Source: Candidatus Krumholzibacteriia bacterium (lineage in GTDB: Bacteria; Krumholzibacteriota; Krumholzibacteriia; JAJRXK01). Taken from it: a stretch of 64,000 nucleotides of DNA. The position numbers and the translations under genes were made by a program. A model generated the notes under the pieces. It saw only the letters and a program-made list of their open reading frames with translations, was not told where the DNA came from and did not search any database. Shown piece by piece: positions 11,371 to 21,800 of this stretch. Within the stretch, counting starts at the first letter, position 1. Each line of letters begins with the position of its first letter. The DNA lies in assembly GCA_029932915.1 (NCBI GenBank), contig JAOZPE010000003.1, positions 64,147 to 128,146 of the forward strand, in the 5' to 3' direction.

Positions 11371-12627
11371 TCAACGCGGCGACTCCTCGTCGACGATCTC
11401 GTCGATCCACTCGGCCGGGACCCTCTCGAAGAGCGGGGCTCCGGAGACGGGATCGCGCTCGCTGCGGAAGCTCCGGCCCGGGGGCTGGCGCTTGAAGGAA
11501 TCGGCCAGGACCACCACCGGGACCCCTCTCTCGTGGGCGGCGCGAGCCAGCGCCGCCGTGCCCACCTTGTTGACCACCGAGCCATCGGGCAGGACCGTGT
11601 CGGCGCCGACCATCACGATCCCCGCCTCGCCCACACGCTCCCGCAGGCGCGGATCGTCCAGGAGGAGGACCTCGTAGCCATCGTCCCGCAGATCGCGGGC
11701 CAGGGCCTCGCCCTCGCCTCCCGGCAGGCTGCGGGCCACCATCACCCGCCGGGGAACGTCCACGTGGCGGCGGGCCCGGCGCAGGGCCTCCCGCACGCTC
11801 TCGGAGAACGAGAAGGTGGCCACCACCGGCCGGCCCACCAGCCGGAGCGCACCGGTCTCGGCCAGTTCGACGGCGGCGCGGTCCAGATGCTCCTCGATCG
11901 CGTCGAGGCGGGTGAGGAGCTCGGCGCGCGCGGCCGCCTCCAGGGGCGCCGCCCACGGCTCCGCCTCCTCGGGGGGGCCGACGGCCGGGCCCATGCCCAC
12001 GAGCCACCGGCGCAGCACCGAGCCCAACGGGGCCATCGCCTCCCGGGTGTCGGCCAGGGTCTGGGCCGCGCGCAACACCTCGCTCCAGAGTCGGAACGAC
12101 GGAAGGAGGCTCCGCAACTCCCCGACCATCCCACGGGCGATGAGGTGCGCTCCGTGCACGGTGTCGCTGCGAAGGCGCGCCGCCGCCGCCTCCACGAGAG
12201 CGGAGGGCGGAGGCTGGAGTTCGGAGAGGGCCTCGGCCAGATGCGGCACGGTCTCGAAGCGGGCCAGCTCGTCGGGATGCACCCACTCGTGGCCGGCGTT
12301 CTCCGCGTTCAGCCGCGGCGGAGCGTCGTCGTGCAACAGGAACAGGAAGGAATGGACCCGCCAGCGCACCGCCCGCTTCGTCTCGACCACTTCGAAGGCC
12401 CGGGCCCGGGCCACCGGATTCGAACCGGACAGATCGTATCCGGTCTCCTCGGCCACTTCCCTCCGGGCCGTGTCCACCGGCCGCTCGCCGGCCTCCACCG
12501 ATCCGCTCACCACCGACCAGCGGCCCGGATAGGAGCGCATCGAGACGTGGCGATGCAACAGGAGGATGCGGCCGTGACGCCACAGGAAGGCCGAGGCGGT
12601 ATCCCGGGTCCGTGAGACTTCTTCCAT
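11371..12627 (-). CDS. Fusion protein: N-terminal NUDIX hydrolase domain plus C-terminal eIF-2B/MtnA-family sugar-phosphate isomerase domain
   Basis: N-terminal Nudix box GSVEAGERPVDTARREVAEETGY fits GX5EX7REUXEEXGU. The C-terminal ~180 aa carry the eIF-2B family signature (MVGADTVLPDGSVVNKVGTAALA, cf. the MtnA GADxxxxNGxxxNKIGT motif). Single uninterrupted 418-aa ORF. Confidence 0.75.
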   Translation of the reverse strand: MEEVSRTRDTASAFLWRHGRILLLHRHVSMRSYPGRWSVVSGSVEAGERPVDTARREVAEETGYDLSGSNPVARARAFEVVETKRAVRWRVHSFLFLLHDDAPPRLNAENAGHEWVHPDELARFETVPHLAEALSELQPPPSALVEAAAARLRSDTVHGAHLIARGMVGELRSLLPSFRLWSEVLRAAQTLADTREAMAPLGSVLRRWLVGMGPAVGPPEEAEPWAAPLEAAARAELLTRLDAIEEHLDRAAVELAETGALRLVGRPVVATFSFSESVREALRRARRHVDVPRRVMVARSLPGGEGEALARDLRDDGYEVLLLDDPRLRERVGEAGIVMVGADTVLPDGSVVNKVGTAALARAAHERGVPVVVLADSFKRQPPGRSFRSERDPVSGAPLFERVPAEWIDEIVDEESPR

Positions 12628-12718
12628 CGGCCGAACCGCCCTCTCATACGAGGGGCCGATCCTGCCGGACCGGCCCCTTCAGTTCAGGCATTTCTCTTCG
12701 CGCGAAGGCGGAATCGAA

Positions 12719-13360
12719 TCAGCGCCGGAAACTCGCCTTCATGTTGCCGAAGCTCGCATCGTCCGTTCCGACGATCTCTTCCTTCGGCTCGACCTTGCCG
12801 TCCCACTGCTCATCGAAGCCCGGCATCACGTCCGCGGGATCGGTGTTGCCCGCCGCGAGGAAGCTCCAGTCGAGCTGGTCGGGCGGTGCCATGTCGTCGA
12901 GCCGGGTGCCGCCGGTCCAGTCCACCGTGCCGTTGACGCTGATGGTCACGGTGTACGGCGGAATCAGCATGGTCGACACCGAACGGGTCAGCGTGCTGAT
13001 CGTTCCGATGAGGATGGCCGTCCCATCGGTGAAGGTCGACAGGTCCGAATAGTCGGCGACGGTGCTGTTGTCCTCGTACAGAACGATGGTTCCGTTCGAG
13101 TAGTACTGCACCGTTCCGTCGGTATCCAGCACCAGGTCGGTCACGACGATGGTGTAGTCGTAGTTGTCGAAGTCCAGGGGAATGGGCGGCACCACGGTGC
13201 TCGACCCCTCCTGGACCGTGCTGTACATGGTCAAGGCTCCGCCGACCGAGGTCGGGATGGCGGCCTGACCGAGGAAGTCGAAGGCCTGCGGCGCCGCCGA
13301 GGCGAGCTGAGGCATCGCGATCAGCAGCACGCAGCCGAGGCCGAGAAGCAATTTCTTCAT
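12719..13360 (-). CDS. Secreted hypothetical protein (signal peptide), paralog A of a tandem pair
   Basis: MKKLLLGLGCVLLIAMPQLASAAP signal peptide; strong RBS (aaggaggagacgac); T/D/G/Y-rich with motifs DYSDLSTFTDGT and YSNGTIVLY; no recognisable domain. Confidence 0.7.
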   Translation of the reverse strand: MKKLLLGLGCVLLIAMPQLASAAPQAFDFLGQAAIPTSVGGALTMYSTVQEGSSTVVPPIPLDFDNYDYTIVVTDLVLDTDGTVQYYSNGTIVLYEDNSTVADYSDLSTFTDGTAILIGTISTLTRSVSTMLIPPYTVTISVNGTVDWTGGTRLDDMAPPDQLDWSFLAAGNTDPADVMPGFDEQWDGKVEPKEEIVGTDDASFGNMKASFRR

Positions 13361-13372
13361 GTCGTCTCCTCC

Positions 13373-14053
13373 TTAGCGATTGCTGCTGTTGTAGGAAGCC
13401 TTCCAGGCACCCCAAGCGCTCTCGCTCTGGGTGCGAACGGCCGGATCGATCTCGAGCACGCCGTCCAGCTGCAGGTCATAGCCGTCGGGGATCTGCGCCC
13501 CTGCATCCTGGGTGAACGCTCCACCCCAGGTGTAGATGCAGCCGGTGCAGGTGGTGATGAGTTCGCCGTCGACCCCATCGGCATTGCCGCCGTAGGTGCC
13601 GGCACCGGTAGGATCGATCTGGACGTAGAAGCTGGTGAAGGTCCCCTTCAACAGAAGGGTCCCATCGGTGAAGGTGGACGGAACGGTTCCGTTGGGGGGG
13701 TAGGTTCCGTAGTCGGCGTTCATGGCCGCATCCCGGTACATCTCGAGCGTGCCGCCCGAGTACAGGATGGTCGTCCAGCCGGCAGCAGGGTTGTCCACGA
13801 GTTCACCCTGACTGACCAGGTCGTAGACGTAGAAGGTGACTTCTTCCTGACTGAGATCGACGCCGAGAAGAGGATCGGCATCGGTGGTGACGCCGACGAA
13901 GCTGAAGACGTCGCCGGCTTCGCTGGGCAGGAATCCACCCGTCTCCCAGGCGAATCCGAGATAGTCGGCGATCTGGACACCTTCGGCCTGCACGGACGGC
14001 ACGAAGGCCACCGCCACGAGCAAGGTCACGAGGATCAGTCGCATGGATTGCAT
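13373..14053 (-). CDS. Secreted hypothetical protein (signal peptide), paralog B of a tandem pair
   Basis: Start reassigned to MQSMRLILVTLLVAVAFVPSVQA at 14053 (RBS GGGAGG). Shares motifs with the downstream gene (NADYGTY.../STFTDGT.../...KASY...) so the two are inferred paralogs. Confidence 0.65.
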   Translation of the reverse strand: MQSMRLILVTLLVAVAFVPSVQAEGVQIADYLGFAWETGGFLPSEAGDVFSFVGVTTDADPLLGVDLSQEEVTFYVYDLVSQGELVDNPAAGWTTILYSGGTLEMYRDAAMNADYGTYPPNGTVPSTFTDGTLLLKGTFTSFYVQIDPTGAGTYGGNADGVDGELITTCTGCIYTWGGAFTQDAGAQIPDGYDLQLDGVLEIDPAVRTQSESAWGAWKASYNSSNR

Positions 14054-14309
14054 ATTGCCTCCCTGATGGTTCGATCGCGGCAAGTACGGAGGGCGTCGTA
14101 CTAGCCTTTGCGGTATCTTCGTCAAACGCGGTCGCAAAGGCCCGGGCGTTGCAATCGGGACAAATGGTGCGCACCGAGAGCACGACGGGAACTTCAGGAG
14201 CACGAATCGAAGCCTGGAGGAGCCCACTGGAGACTAACCCAAAACGGGCCTTCCTTCAAGTCCCCCGAAGGGGTCCATGGCTCCTTCTGGCCGAAAATGC
14301 GGGGATAAC

Positions 14310-16433
14310 TCAGCTTCCCTCGCCAGCCGAGATCCGCCGTCCCAGGAGGCTCTCGGCCGCCAGCAGGAGGGCCGCCAGCAGGAGGAACCAGCGGTGCAGG
14401 GGGCGTCCCCGGCGCGCGCGCTCCAGCGCTTTCTCCACATCTTCGCCTTCGAGCGCCCGCACCCGCGTCGCCCCACCGCGGGCCACGATCTCCTTCAACT
14501 CCTTGGGATCATGGAAGCTGCGGCGTGATTCGCTCGAAGGGACGTTCACCGCCACCGTGGCCCACGGGCGGTCGTCGATCTCGAAGGTGTACAGCCCGGG
14601 CGAGGCGGCCTCTCCTCCCCGCAGACGGGGGGGCAGCGCCTGTCCGTCGAGTTCGACCGTCTGGAAACGCTCGCCGGGGAGGCGCAGACGCAGCCGGGCG
14701 GACGCCTCCAGTCCGGCCGGGGCCGTCACCACCAGGGGCTCGCCCACCTCCACCATCGGAGCGAGACGGCGGCCGGTGGTGGTGGCCAGGTAGGCGGTCA
14801 GCCGCTGGACCAGGGGCAGGAACATGGGCGAGAACGGCAGATCGCCCGAGGCCGCCGTGGGATGGAACGCGCAGACGATCAGCCTTCCCTCGCCGACCTC
14901 GATCTCCTCGACCGCCGCGCCCCCATCCGTCCACCGCAGCAGGGTGCGGCCGGCATCCTCGCTCAGACGGTAGAAGTCGCGCAGCCGCGCCTCCTGCAAG
15001 GTGGCGATCTCCTCCTCGCCGAAGCCGGTGAATGCGGGATGATCGGGAGCCGCCATCACGAGGTGTTCGGAGCCATCCCGTCCCCCACGGAAGGGGCCCA
15101 GGCGTGCGCTCGTCCACTGGGGCAGGAGTTTCTCGTTCGCGTAGGCCCTCTCCCGCGGATCGCCCAGGAAGAGCAGCATCCCGCCTCCACCTCGGAGGTA
15201 GTCGCCGAGAGCGGCCAGACGCGCCGCTCCCAGCTCATAGGGATCCAGCGCGACGACGACCGCACTCTCCTGCAAGGAGGGAATGCTCAGGCGTGCGGCC
15301 TCCTGGACGGTCAGCGCGAAATCACCGCGCCCGTCGGCGCCGGGGTCGAGTGCGGCCCCGACGAAGAGCAGGGGATCGCGGCGGGGCTCGCTCTGGGGCA
15401 GACCCGTCAGCACGAGGACATCGATCCGCCCGGTCACCTCCAGCACGAACCACCGCTGGTCGTCCGGCGGATAGCGGTCGGGACGCAGGCGCACCACTCC
15501 GGTGAGCTCTCCCTCCTCGGGCAGGGTCACGGCGAAGGCATGACGGGCGGAGCCGGCGGGCGGAAGGGAGGACTCGGTCTCCCCCACCTTCGATCCATCC
15601 ACTTCCAGGAAGAGGGGCACGGTGAGCGGGCGATCCCCGTCCTGGCCGACCTCCACCGCCAACTCGACGGTCTCTGTGGGACGCAGACGGGTGGCGGGGC
15701 CCTCGACCGCCTTCACCCGGCGGTTCACGAAGGGCTCGGCCTCGACCCGCCGCAGGAAGAGGTGCAGATCGGGATCTCCACGCAGGCGCAACGCCAGTTC
15801 GGCGGCGGCGAGGCTGTCGATGCCGGTGCGCTGGATGTCGCCGATGAGGTGGATCTCCCGGCGCGTGTGGGAAGCGCGACCCATCCAGTCGAGCGCCTCG
15901 CCGAGCGAGGTGATGGTGTCACTCCTCCTCCATCCACACTCGCGCTCAGCGAGGGCTCCCAGGACCAGGTCGGCGTCCCGGACGAAGTCGTCGAGCAGGG
16001 GGTGCAGGTGATCGCTGAAGGTGGCGATGCACACTTCGTCCCGGTCGGACAGGCCGCGGGCAATCGCGGCCGCCTGCGCCTTGGCCGCGTCGAAGACCGT
16101 ACCGCCGGCGGTCTGCGCGCGCATCGAGGCACTGTCGTCGACCATCAGCAGCACGCTCAACGCGGTTCCCTCCGGAGCGAGCCAGTTCAGGCCGCCGGTG
16201 AGGGTGGGCCGGGCCAGGGCCAACACCACACATACCACCGCCGCCACCCTCAACACGAGCAACAGCAGACGGCGGAAGCGCAGACGGCGGCTCTGCCGCT
16301 GATGGGTCACCTCGAGGAAACGCAGCGGAGCGAAGGGAATGCGATCGAGGCGACGGCGGTGCAGGAAGTGCAGGACGATGGGAATGGCGGCGGCGGCCAG
16401 GCCGAGCAGGAATGCGGGTTGCAGGAACTGCAT
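14310..16433 (-). CDS. batA: BatA-like membrane-anchored von Willebrand factor A (VWA) domain protein
   Basis: 707 aa; N-terminal double-TM MQFLQPAFLLGLAAAAIPIVLHFLHRRR typical of BatA; VWA-like region (LLMVDDSASM, DXSXS-type MIDAS); C-terminal TM; follows moxR-DUF58 in the same operon. Confidence 0.75.
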   Translation of the reverse strand: MQFLQPAFLLGLAAAAIPIVLHFLHRRRLDRIPFAPLRFLEVTHQRQSRRLRFRRLLLLVLRVAAVVCVVLALARPTLTGGLNWLAPEGTALSVLLMVDDSASMRAQTAGGTVFDAAKAQAAAIARGLSDRDEVCIATFSDHLHPLLDDFVRDADLVLGALAERECGWRRSDTITSLGEALDWMGRASHTRREIHLIGDIQRTGIDSLAAAELALRLRGDPDLHLFLRRVEAEPFVNRRVKAVEGPATRLRPTETVELAVEVGQDGDRPLTVPLFLEVDGSKVGETESSLPPAGSARHAFAVTLPEEGELTGVVRLRPDRYPPDDQRWFVLEVTGRIDVLVLTGLPQSEPRRDPLLFVGAALDPGADGRGDFALTVQEAARLSIPSLQESAVVVALDPYELGAARLAALGDYLRGGGGMLLFLGDPRERAYANEKLLPQWTSARLGPFRGGRDGSEHLVMAAPDHPAFTGFGEEEIATLQEARLRDFYRLSEDAGRTLLRWTDGGAAVEEIEVGEGRLIVCAFHPTAASGDLPFSPMFLPLVQRLTAYLATTTGRRLAPMVEVGEPLVVTAPAGLEASARLRLRLPGERFQTVELDGQALPPRLRGGEAASPGLYTFEIDDRPWATVAVNVPSSESRRSFHDPKELKEIVARGGATRVRALEGEDVEKALERARRGRPLHRWFLLLAALLLAAESLLGRRISAGEGS

Positions 16434-16442
16434 GGGAGGCTC

Positions 16443-17348
16443 CTATCCCACGCGCGAGCGTTTGGCCAGATAGGCCAGAAGGGCCACGTCGAAAGGCGTG
16501 GCGGTGCTCAAGGGGACGTAGTCGATCCGGTGCATCCCGCATTCGCGGCTCAGTCTCCTCCGCCACTGCTCGACCTGGCGGACGTAGCCCTCCCTGAGGT
16601 GCCAGGGTTGTGCGGTCACCTCCGGCAGTTCACCCTCGGGATCGACGAAACGGGCCTGGCGATCAAAGCCCAGATCGATCTCCCGCGGATCGAGGACGTG
16701 GAACACCAGCACCTCGTGTTTCCGGTGACGGAAGTGCTTGAGACCCCGCAACACCGTGTCCGGATCGTCGATGAGGTCGCTGATGACCACGATCAATCCC
16801 CGTCTCCACATCCGGTCGGCCATGGACGCCAGCACCGTCCCCACCCGGGTGGGCCTTCCCCCCCGCGCGTGCTCCAGGCGCCCCATCAGGTGCATGAGGT
16901 GACTGCGGCTGCTGCGGGGACGGATCACCTCGAGGGCCTCGCGGTCGAAGGTCACGAGTCCGACCGCGTCCTTCTGCCTCGACAGCAGATAGGCCAGGCC
17001 GGCCGCGAGCATCTTCGCGTAGTGCAGTTTGCTGGGCACACCCGTCGACGGCGGCGTGTCCATCGAGGCCGACACGTCCACGAACAGTCTCGCCAGCAGA
17101 TTGGTCTCCTCCTGGAAGACCTTCACCCAATGGCGGTCACTGCGGGCGTAGACCCTCCAGTCGATGTTGTGGATGTCCTCGCCGGGGATGTAGCGCCGGT
17201 ACTCGGCGAACTCGACGGAGAAGCCGTGGTACGGACTGCGGTGCAATCCCACCAGGAAACCCTCGACGAGGGTGCGGGCGATCAGATCGAGACCGGCGAG
17301 CCTGGACAACTCGCGCGGATCGAGAAGAGCTCGTTCTTGGGTGACCAC
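16443..17348 (-). CDS. DUF58-family protein (MoxR-associated VWA-like)
   Basis: 301 aa; GTG start; conserved DUF58 core (YHGFSVEFAEYRRYIPGEDIHNIDWRVYARSDRHWVKVFQEETN...DVSASM); sits between moxR and batA. Confidence 0.8.
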   Translation of the reverse strand: MVTQERALLDPRELSRLAGLDLIARTLVEGFLVGLHRSPYHGFSVEFAEYRRYIPGEDIHNIDWRVYARSDRHWVKVFQEETNLLARLFVDVSASMDTPPSTGVPSKLHYAKMLAAGLAYLLSRQKDAVGLVTFDREALEVIRPRSSRSHLMHLMGRLEHARGGRPTRVGTVLASMADRMWRRGLIVVISDLIDDPDTVLRGLKHFRHRKHEVLVFHVLDPREIDLGFDRQARFVDPEGELPEVTAQPWHLREGYVRQVEQWRRRLSRECGMHRIDYVPLSTATPFDVALLAYLAKRSRVG

Positions 17349-17386
17349 GGCCGGGATCCTTCCGCTGCGTCGGTGTCCTTTCCTTC

Positions 17387-18358
<972 letters not shown>

Positions 18359-18600
18359 GGTCTCCACATCACCAGTCAAGGTTCCACTCCTTGCATTGCT
18401 TCCGTCGGGCCGCCGAATGCGATTCCCACAAGCAAAGCCCTTTGTCCGGCTGCGCCAGGCAAAGAATCCACGGCGGCGGGATTCGCAGTCGCTTGTACTT
18501 TTCGGCGGCTTTGCTACATCTTTCCCAGCGAGGATTCCACCGACCCGAGCCGCCACCCACGCATCCGGCTCCTTCCCCCCAACTCCACCCGGGTCCTGTC

Positions 18601-19941
18601 ATGTACCGTAGTCTCATCCTTCTGTTGATCGCGTCCAGTCTTCTCTCGCTGTCCTCCTGTGGAGGACCGCACCTCCCCGCCGACGCCGATCCCGCCGAGG
18701 TCTTCGTGCTGGGGATCTCCACCCTCGATCCCGACCACCTCCAGGAGCTGATCGAGCGCGGGGAGCTTCCCCACTTCCGCCGGATCATCGAGCGGGGAAG
18801 CTGGAGCGAATTGCAGGCGATCGACCCCATGAGCACCGCCTCGCTCTGGGCCGACCTGCAGACGGGCAAGAGCCCGCGCTGGCACCGCGTCTTCGGTGAG
18901 CTCGAGACCCTTCCCAACGGACTCATCTATCCTTCCCGCAGCACCTTGCGCAATTCGATGAGTGTGTGGCAGATGCTCTCGGCGACGAACCACACCGTCG
19001 CCGTGGTGGGCCTGCCGGTGAGCTGGCCGGCCGAGGTGGTGCGCGGTCAGATGGTGAGCATGGCCATCGTCCCCAACCGCTGGACCGAGACCAGTGAGGT
19101 CACCTTCCGTCCGCGGCCGAGGCGGCGGCAGACCTATCCCAATTTCCTGGCCGACGAGATCGGCGATCTCCTGCTCGATCCCGACGCGGTCACCCGCGAG
19201 GAACTCTCGCGCTTCTTCGTGCTCAACGAGCAGGAGTTCTCGATGGCCTACGACGAGCCCCTGGGCTCGATCTTCCGCCACGAGAACCCCCTGCGCGACT
19301 TCGTCCTCACCCATCAGGCCGATCTCAGCCACCTGAGGGTGATCGACGGGTTGCGCCGACAGTACCATCCCGAGATCAGCGCGGTCTTCCTGGAGCTGCC
19401 CGCCGTCGTCTCCCCCGTCTACTGGCGCTATCTCGAGCCCCAGGTGTATCCGGGCGACGAGGAGAACCTGCGGCGCTTCTCCATGACCATCGACGAGAGC
19501 TACCGCTGGGTGGACGAACGCCTCGGAGAGATCCTCGACACCTTCGACCCGAAGACGTCCACGCTCGTCGTGGTCAGCGAGAAGGGATACGGCACCGTCT
19601 ACCACGAGGACGCCCAGGGTGTGCGGCGTCCGCACCCGGAGGCCCGGCCCCGGGGACTGATCATCCTCTACGGCCATGGCATCCAGCAGGGACGACGGCT
19701 CCACGGGGCCACGGTCTTCGATCTGACCCCCACCCTGCTCACCCTCTTCGGCGAGGGCATCGGAGAGGACCTGGACGGGCGCTGCCTCAGCGGGGCGTTC
19801 ACCGCCGCCTTCGCCCACACCCATCCTCCCTTCCAACGCACCAGCTACGAGGCGCAGTGGGACCGCTCGGGGCGTTTCGAGAGACTGCCCCCGCTGGCGG
19901 ACACCTCCCTGCCGGACGCCGCCGTGCCGCCCACGCCCTGA
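18601..19941 (+). CDS. Alkaline phosphatase-superfamily lipoprotein (type I phosphodiesterase / nucleotide pyrophosphatase-like)
   Basis: Start reassigned to MYRSLILLLIASSLLSLSSCGG (lipobox) at 18601. N-terminal VLGISTLDPDHL resembles the Phosphodiest ViSiDGlRpD motif; VVSEKGYG near the C-terminus. Family-level call only. Confidence 0.55.
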   Translation: MYRSLILLLIASSLLSLSSCGGPHLPADADPAEVFVLGISTLDPDHLQELIERGELPHFRRIIERGSWSELQAIDPMSTASLWADLQTGKSPRWHRVFGELETLPNGLIYPSRSTLRNSMSVWQMLSATNHTVAVVGLPVSWPAEVVRGQMVSMAIVPNRWTETSEVTFRPRPRRRQTYPNFLADEIGDLLLDPDAVTREELSRFFVLNEQEFSMAYDEPLGSIFRHENPLRDFVLTHQADLSHLRVIDGLRRQYHPEISAVFLELPAVVSPVYWRYLEPQVYPGDEENLRRFSMTIDESYRWVDERLGEILDTFDPKTSTLVVVSEKGYGTVYHEDAQGVRRPHPEARPRGLIILYGHGIQQGRRLHGATVFDLTPTLLTLFGEGIGEDLDGRCLSGAFTAAFAHTHPPFQRTSYEAQWDRSGRFERLPPLADTSLPDAAVPPTP

Positions 19942-19959
19942 GCGAGGAGCGGGCCGGGC

Positions 19960-21699
19960 TCAGAGCAGCCGGCGGTCGCCGCGCAGGCCGAAGATCTCCT
20001 CGCGCAGCAGCGAGATCGGCGGAGCTCCGGCCGAGAGGACCAGGTCGTGGAATTCCCTCAGGTGGAAACGGGAACCCTGGACCTCCCGCAGATCCTCGCG
20101 CAGACGCTGTAGCAGGAGCTTGCCCAGGGTGTAGCCGAGGTATTGCGGATCGAAGGTGCCCCGCTCGGCCTCCCGCCGGGCCTCGGCCTCGCCCAGGAAC
20201 GCCCGGTCGGCGAAGAAGGCCGTCGCCTCCTCCACACTCCATCCCTCCACATGCAGGCCCACGCTGCACAGCAGACGTGCGTCGCGGATGAGGGCCGCCT
20301 TGCTCTGCATGAGGCGGAAGCGGGCCCCGCCGAACCCTCCTTCACTCAGCAACTCCTCGGCGTAGTGCGCCCACCCCTCCCAGAAGTGGTAACTGGTGGC
20401 GAAGAGCCGCAGGGGGCGACTCTCCACCTCCCGCAGATGCAGCGCGTGCAGGTAGTGACCCGGGATCACCTCGTGCCCGGTGATCACCTCCAGGTAGGAA
20501 CGATCGATCCGGGTGTGGGCGCCCGTCTGGGCCGAGGCGGCGGCGTCCTCCGGCGGCGTCAGATAGTAGCGCGGGGCGAGACCGGCGGGAGCGAAGGGCC
20601 CCGGCGCGTCCAGCGCGGCCGTCGCCCAGCGCATCCACGGCGGCATCCGTTCGACCCGAGGCGGTGAGAACGAGGGAAGCCCCACCAGCTCGTGTTCCTG
20701 CACGAAGCGCTGCAGGGCATCGAGGATGTCCCGGGCCTGGGTGAAGACGTCCGCAGCTTCCTCGCTCCCACGGGCAAGCTCGTCCTCGACCTCCCCGGGG
20801 GGAACACCGGGCGCGATCTCGGCGGCCGCTTCCTCGAAGATCCGCCGGTTGCGCCGCAGGTCCTCCTCGCCCGCCCGCACCACATCGTCCACCTCCAGGG
20901 GCAGGCCCTCGCCCTCGCGCAACAACCCCTCCATGCCTTCCCGCCCGAGCGCGAACTCACGGCGGCTGCGGGGCAGAGCCTCCCGCCGCAGGAAGTCCAG
21001 ATGTTCCCGCACCGCGGAGCGGGCCGCCGACAGCGCCGGCCCAAGACCGATGTCGTCCGTCCCATCCCCCTTGCCGACGGACAGCCCGGGCGATCGCTGC
21101 TGGACCTCCGACAGAAGATCCTTCCGCAGGAAACCGTGGAATCCCTCCCAGGCCCCGATGGCCGTGTCCAGCACCGGTCGGGGCAGCTCGGGATCGAGCT
21201 GGGCCCGCAGCTCGGCCAGGAAATCGGGGATCGCCTGCAGGTGCTCGACCAGCTTCTCCAGGCGCTCCTGCCAGGGACGGTCCTCCCCGCGGAAGTAGCA
21301 GGAGGGATCGATCAGGGTGAGGGCGAAGAGGGGATCGCTCTGGTAGCGGCGCTCCACCCGCAGGCGCCACTGCTCGCTGCGCACGGCGTGCTGGAAGAGC
21401 CGGGCCTCCAGACCGACCGGGTTCTCCCCCAGAGCGGCAGTGATCTCCTCGAGGAAGAGCAAGCGGTGACGGCGGGCATCGGGATCGACCGGGCCCAGGC
21501 GGCCGTCGAAGGCGTGCAATCCGAGATCGCGCGCTTCGTCGGGGCGAAAGGCGTGGGTTTCCTCCTCGTAGCGCTTGAGAAGGGCCTGCAACAGGGATGT
21601 CGGCGATGAGGGCAAGGATCCCGCCTCCAAGAACATCAGATCGCCCTTCCACGCCGAGGCGGCGCGGAAGATCGGGGAGGGGAGCCTGGCCATTTCCAC
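19960..21699 (-). CDS. DUF885-family protein (putative metallopeptidase-like)
   Basis: 579 aa; contains the DUF885 hallmark ITGHEVIPGHYLHAL; possible alternative start MFLEAG at 21636. Confidence 0.7.
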   Translation of the reverse strand: MEMARLPSPIFRAASAWKGDLMFLEAGSLPSSPTSLLQALLKRYEEETHAFRPDEARDLGLHAFDGRLGPVDPDARRHRLLFLEEITAALGENPVGLEARLFQHAVRSEQWRLRVERRYQSDPLFALTLIDPSCYFRGEDRPWQERLEKLVEHLQAIPDFLAELRAQLDPELPRPVLDTAIGAWEGFHGFLRKDLLSEVQQRSPGLSVGKGDGTDDIGLGPALSAARSAVREHLDFLRREALPRSRREFALGREGMEGLLREGEGLPLEVDDVVRAGEEDLRRNRRIFEEAAAEIAPGVPPGEVEDELARGSEEAADVFTQARDILDALQRFVQEHELVGLPSFSPPRVERMPPWMRWATAALDAPGPFAPAGLAPRYYLTPPEDAAASAQTGAHTRIDRSYLEVITGHEVIPGHYLHALHLREVESRPLRLFATSYHFWEGWAHYAEELLSEGGFGGARFRLMQSKAALIRDARLLCSVGLHVEGWSVEEATAFFADRAFLGEAEARREAERGTFDPQYLGYTLGKLLLQRLREDLREVQGSRFHLREFHDLVLSAGAPPISLLREEIFGLRGDRRLL

Positions 21700-21800
21700 T
21701 GCGGCCTCGATCTCTCGTGGAGAAGAAGGCCGCCTTGGAGGAAGATTGCCACAGACCGGCCGATACCGTTAGGCTGAATCCACAGCGGAAAGGAATTCCC

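Noticed and set aside
7608-11495. 1295-aa ORF on the plus strand
   Set aside because: Entirely antisense to mfd. The translation is G/R/P/A/H-rich with no motifs, while mfd on the minus strand has full helicase/TRCF motifs. Long antisense ORFs are expected at this GC content.
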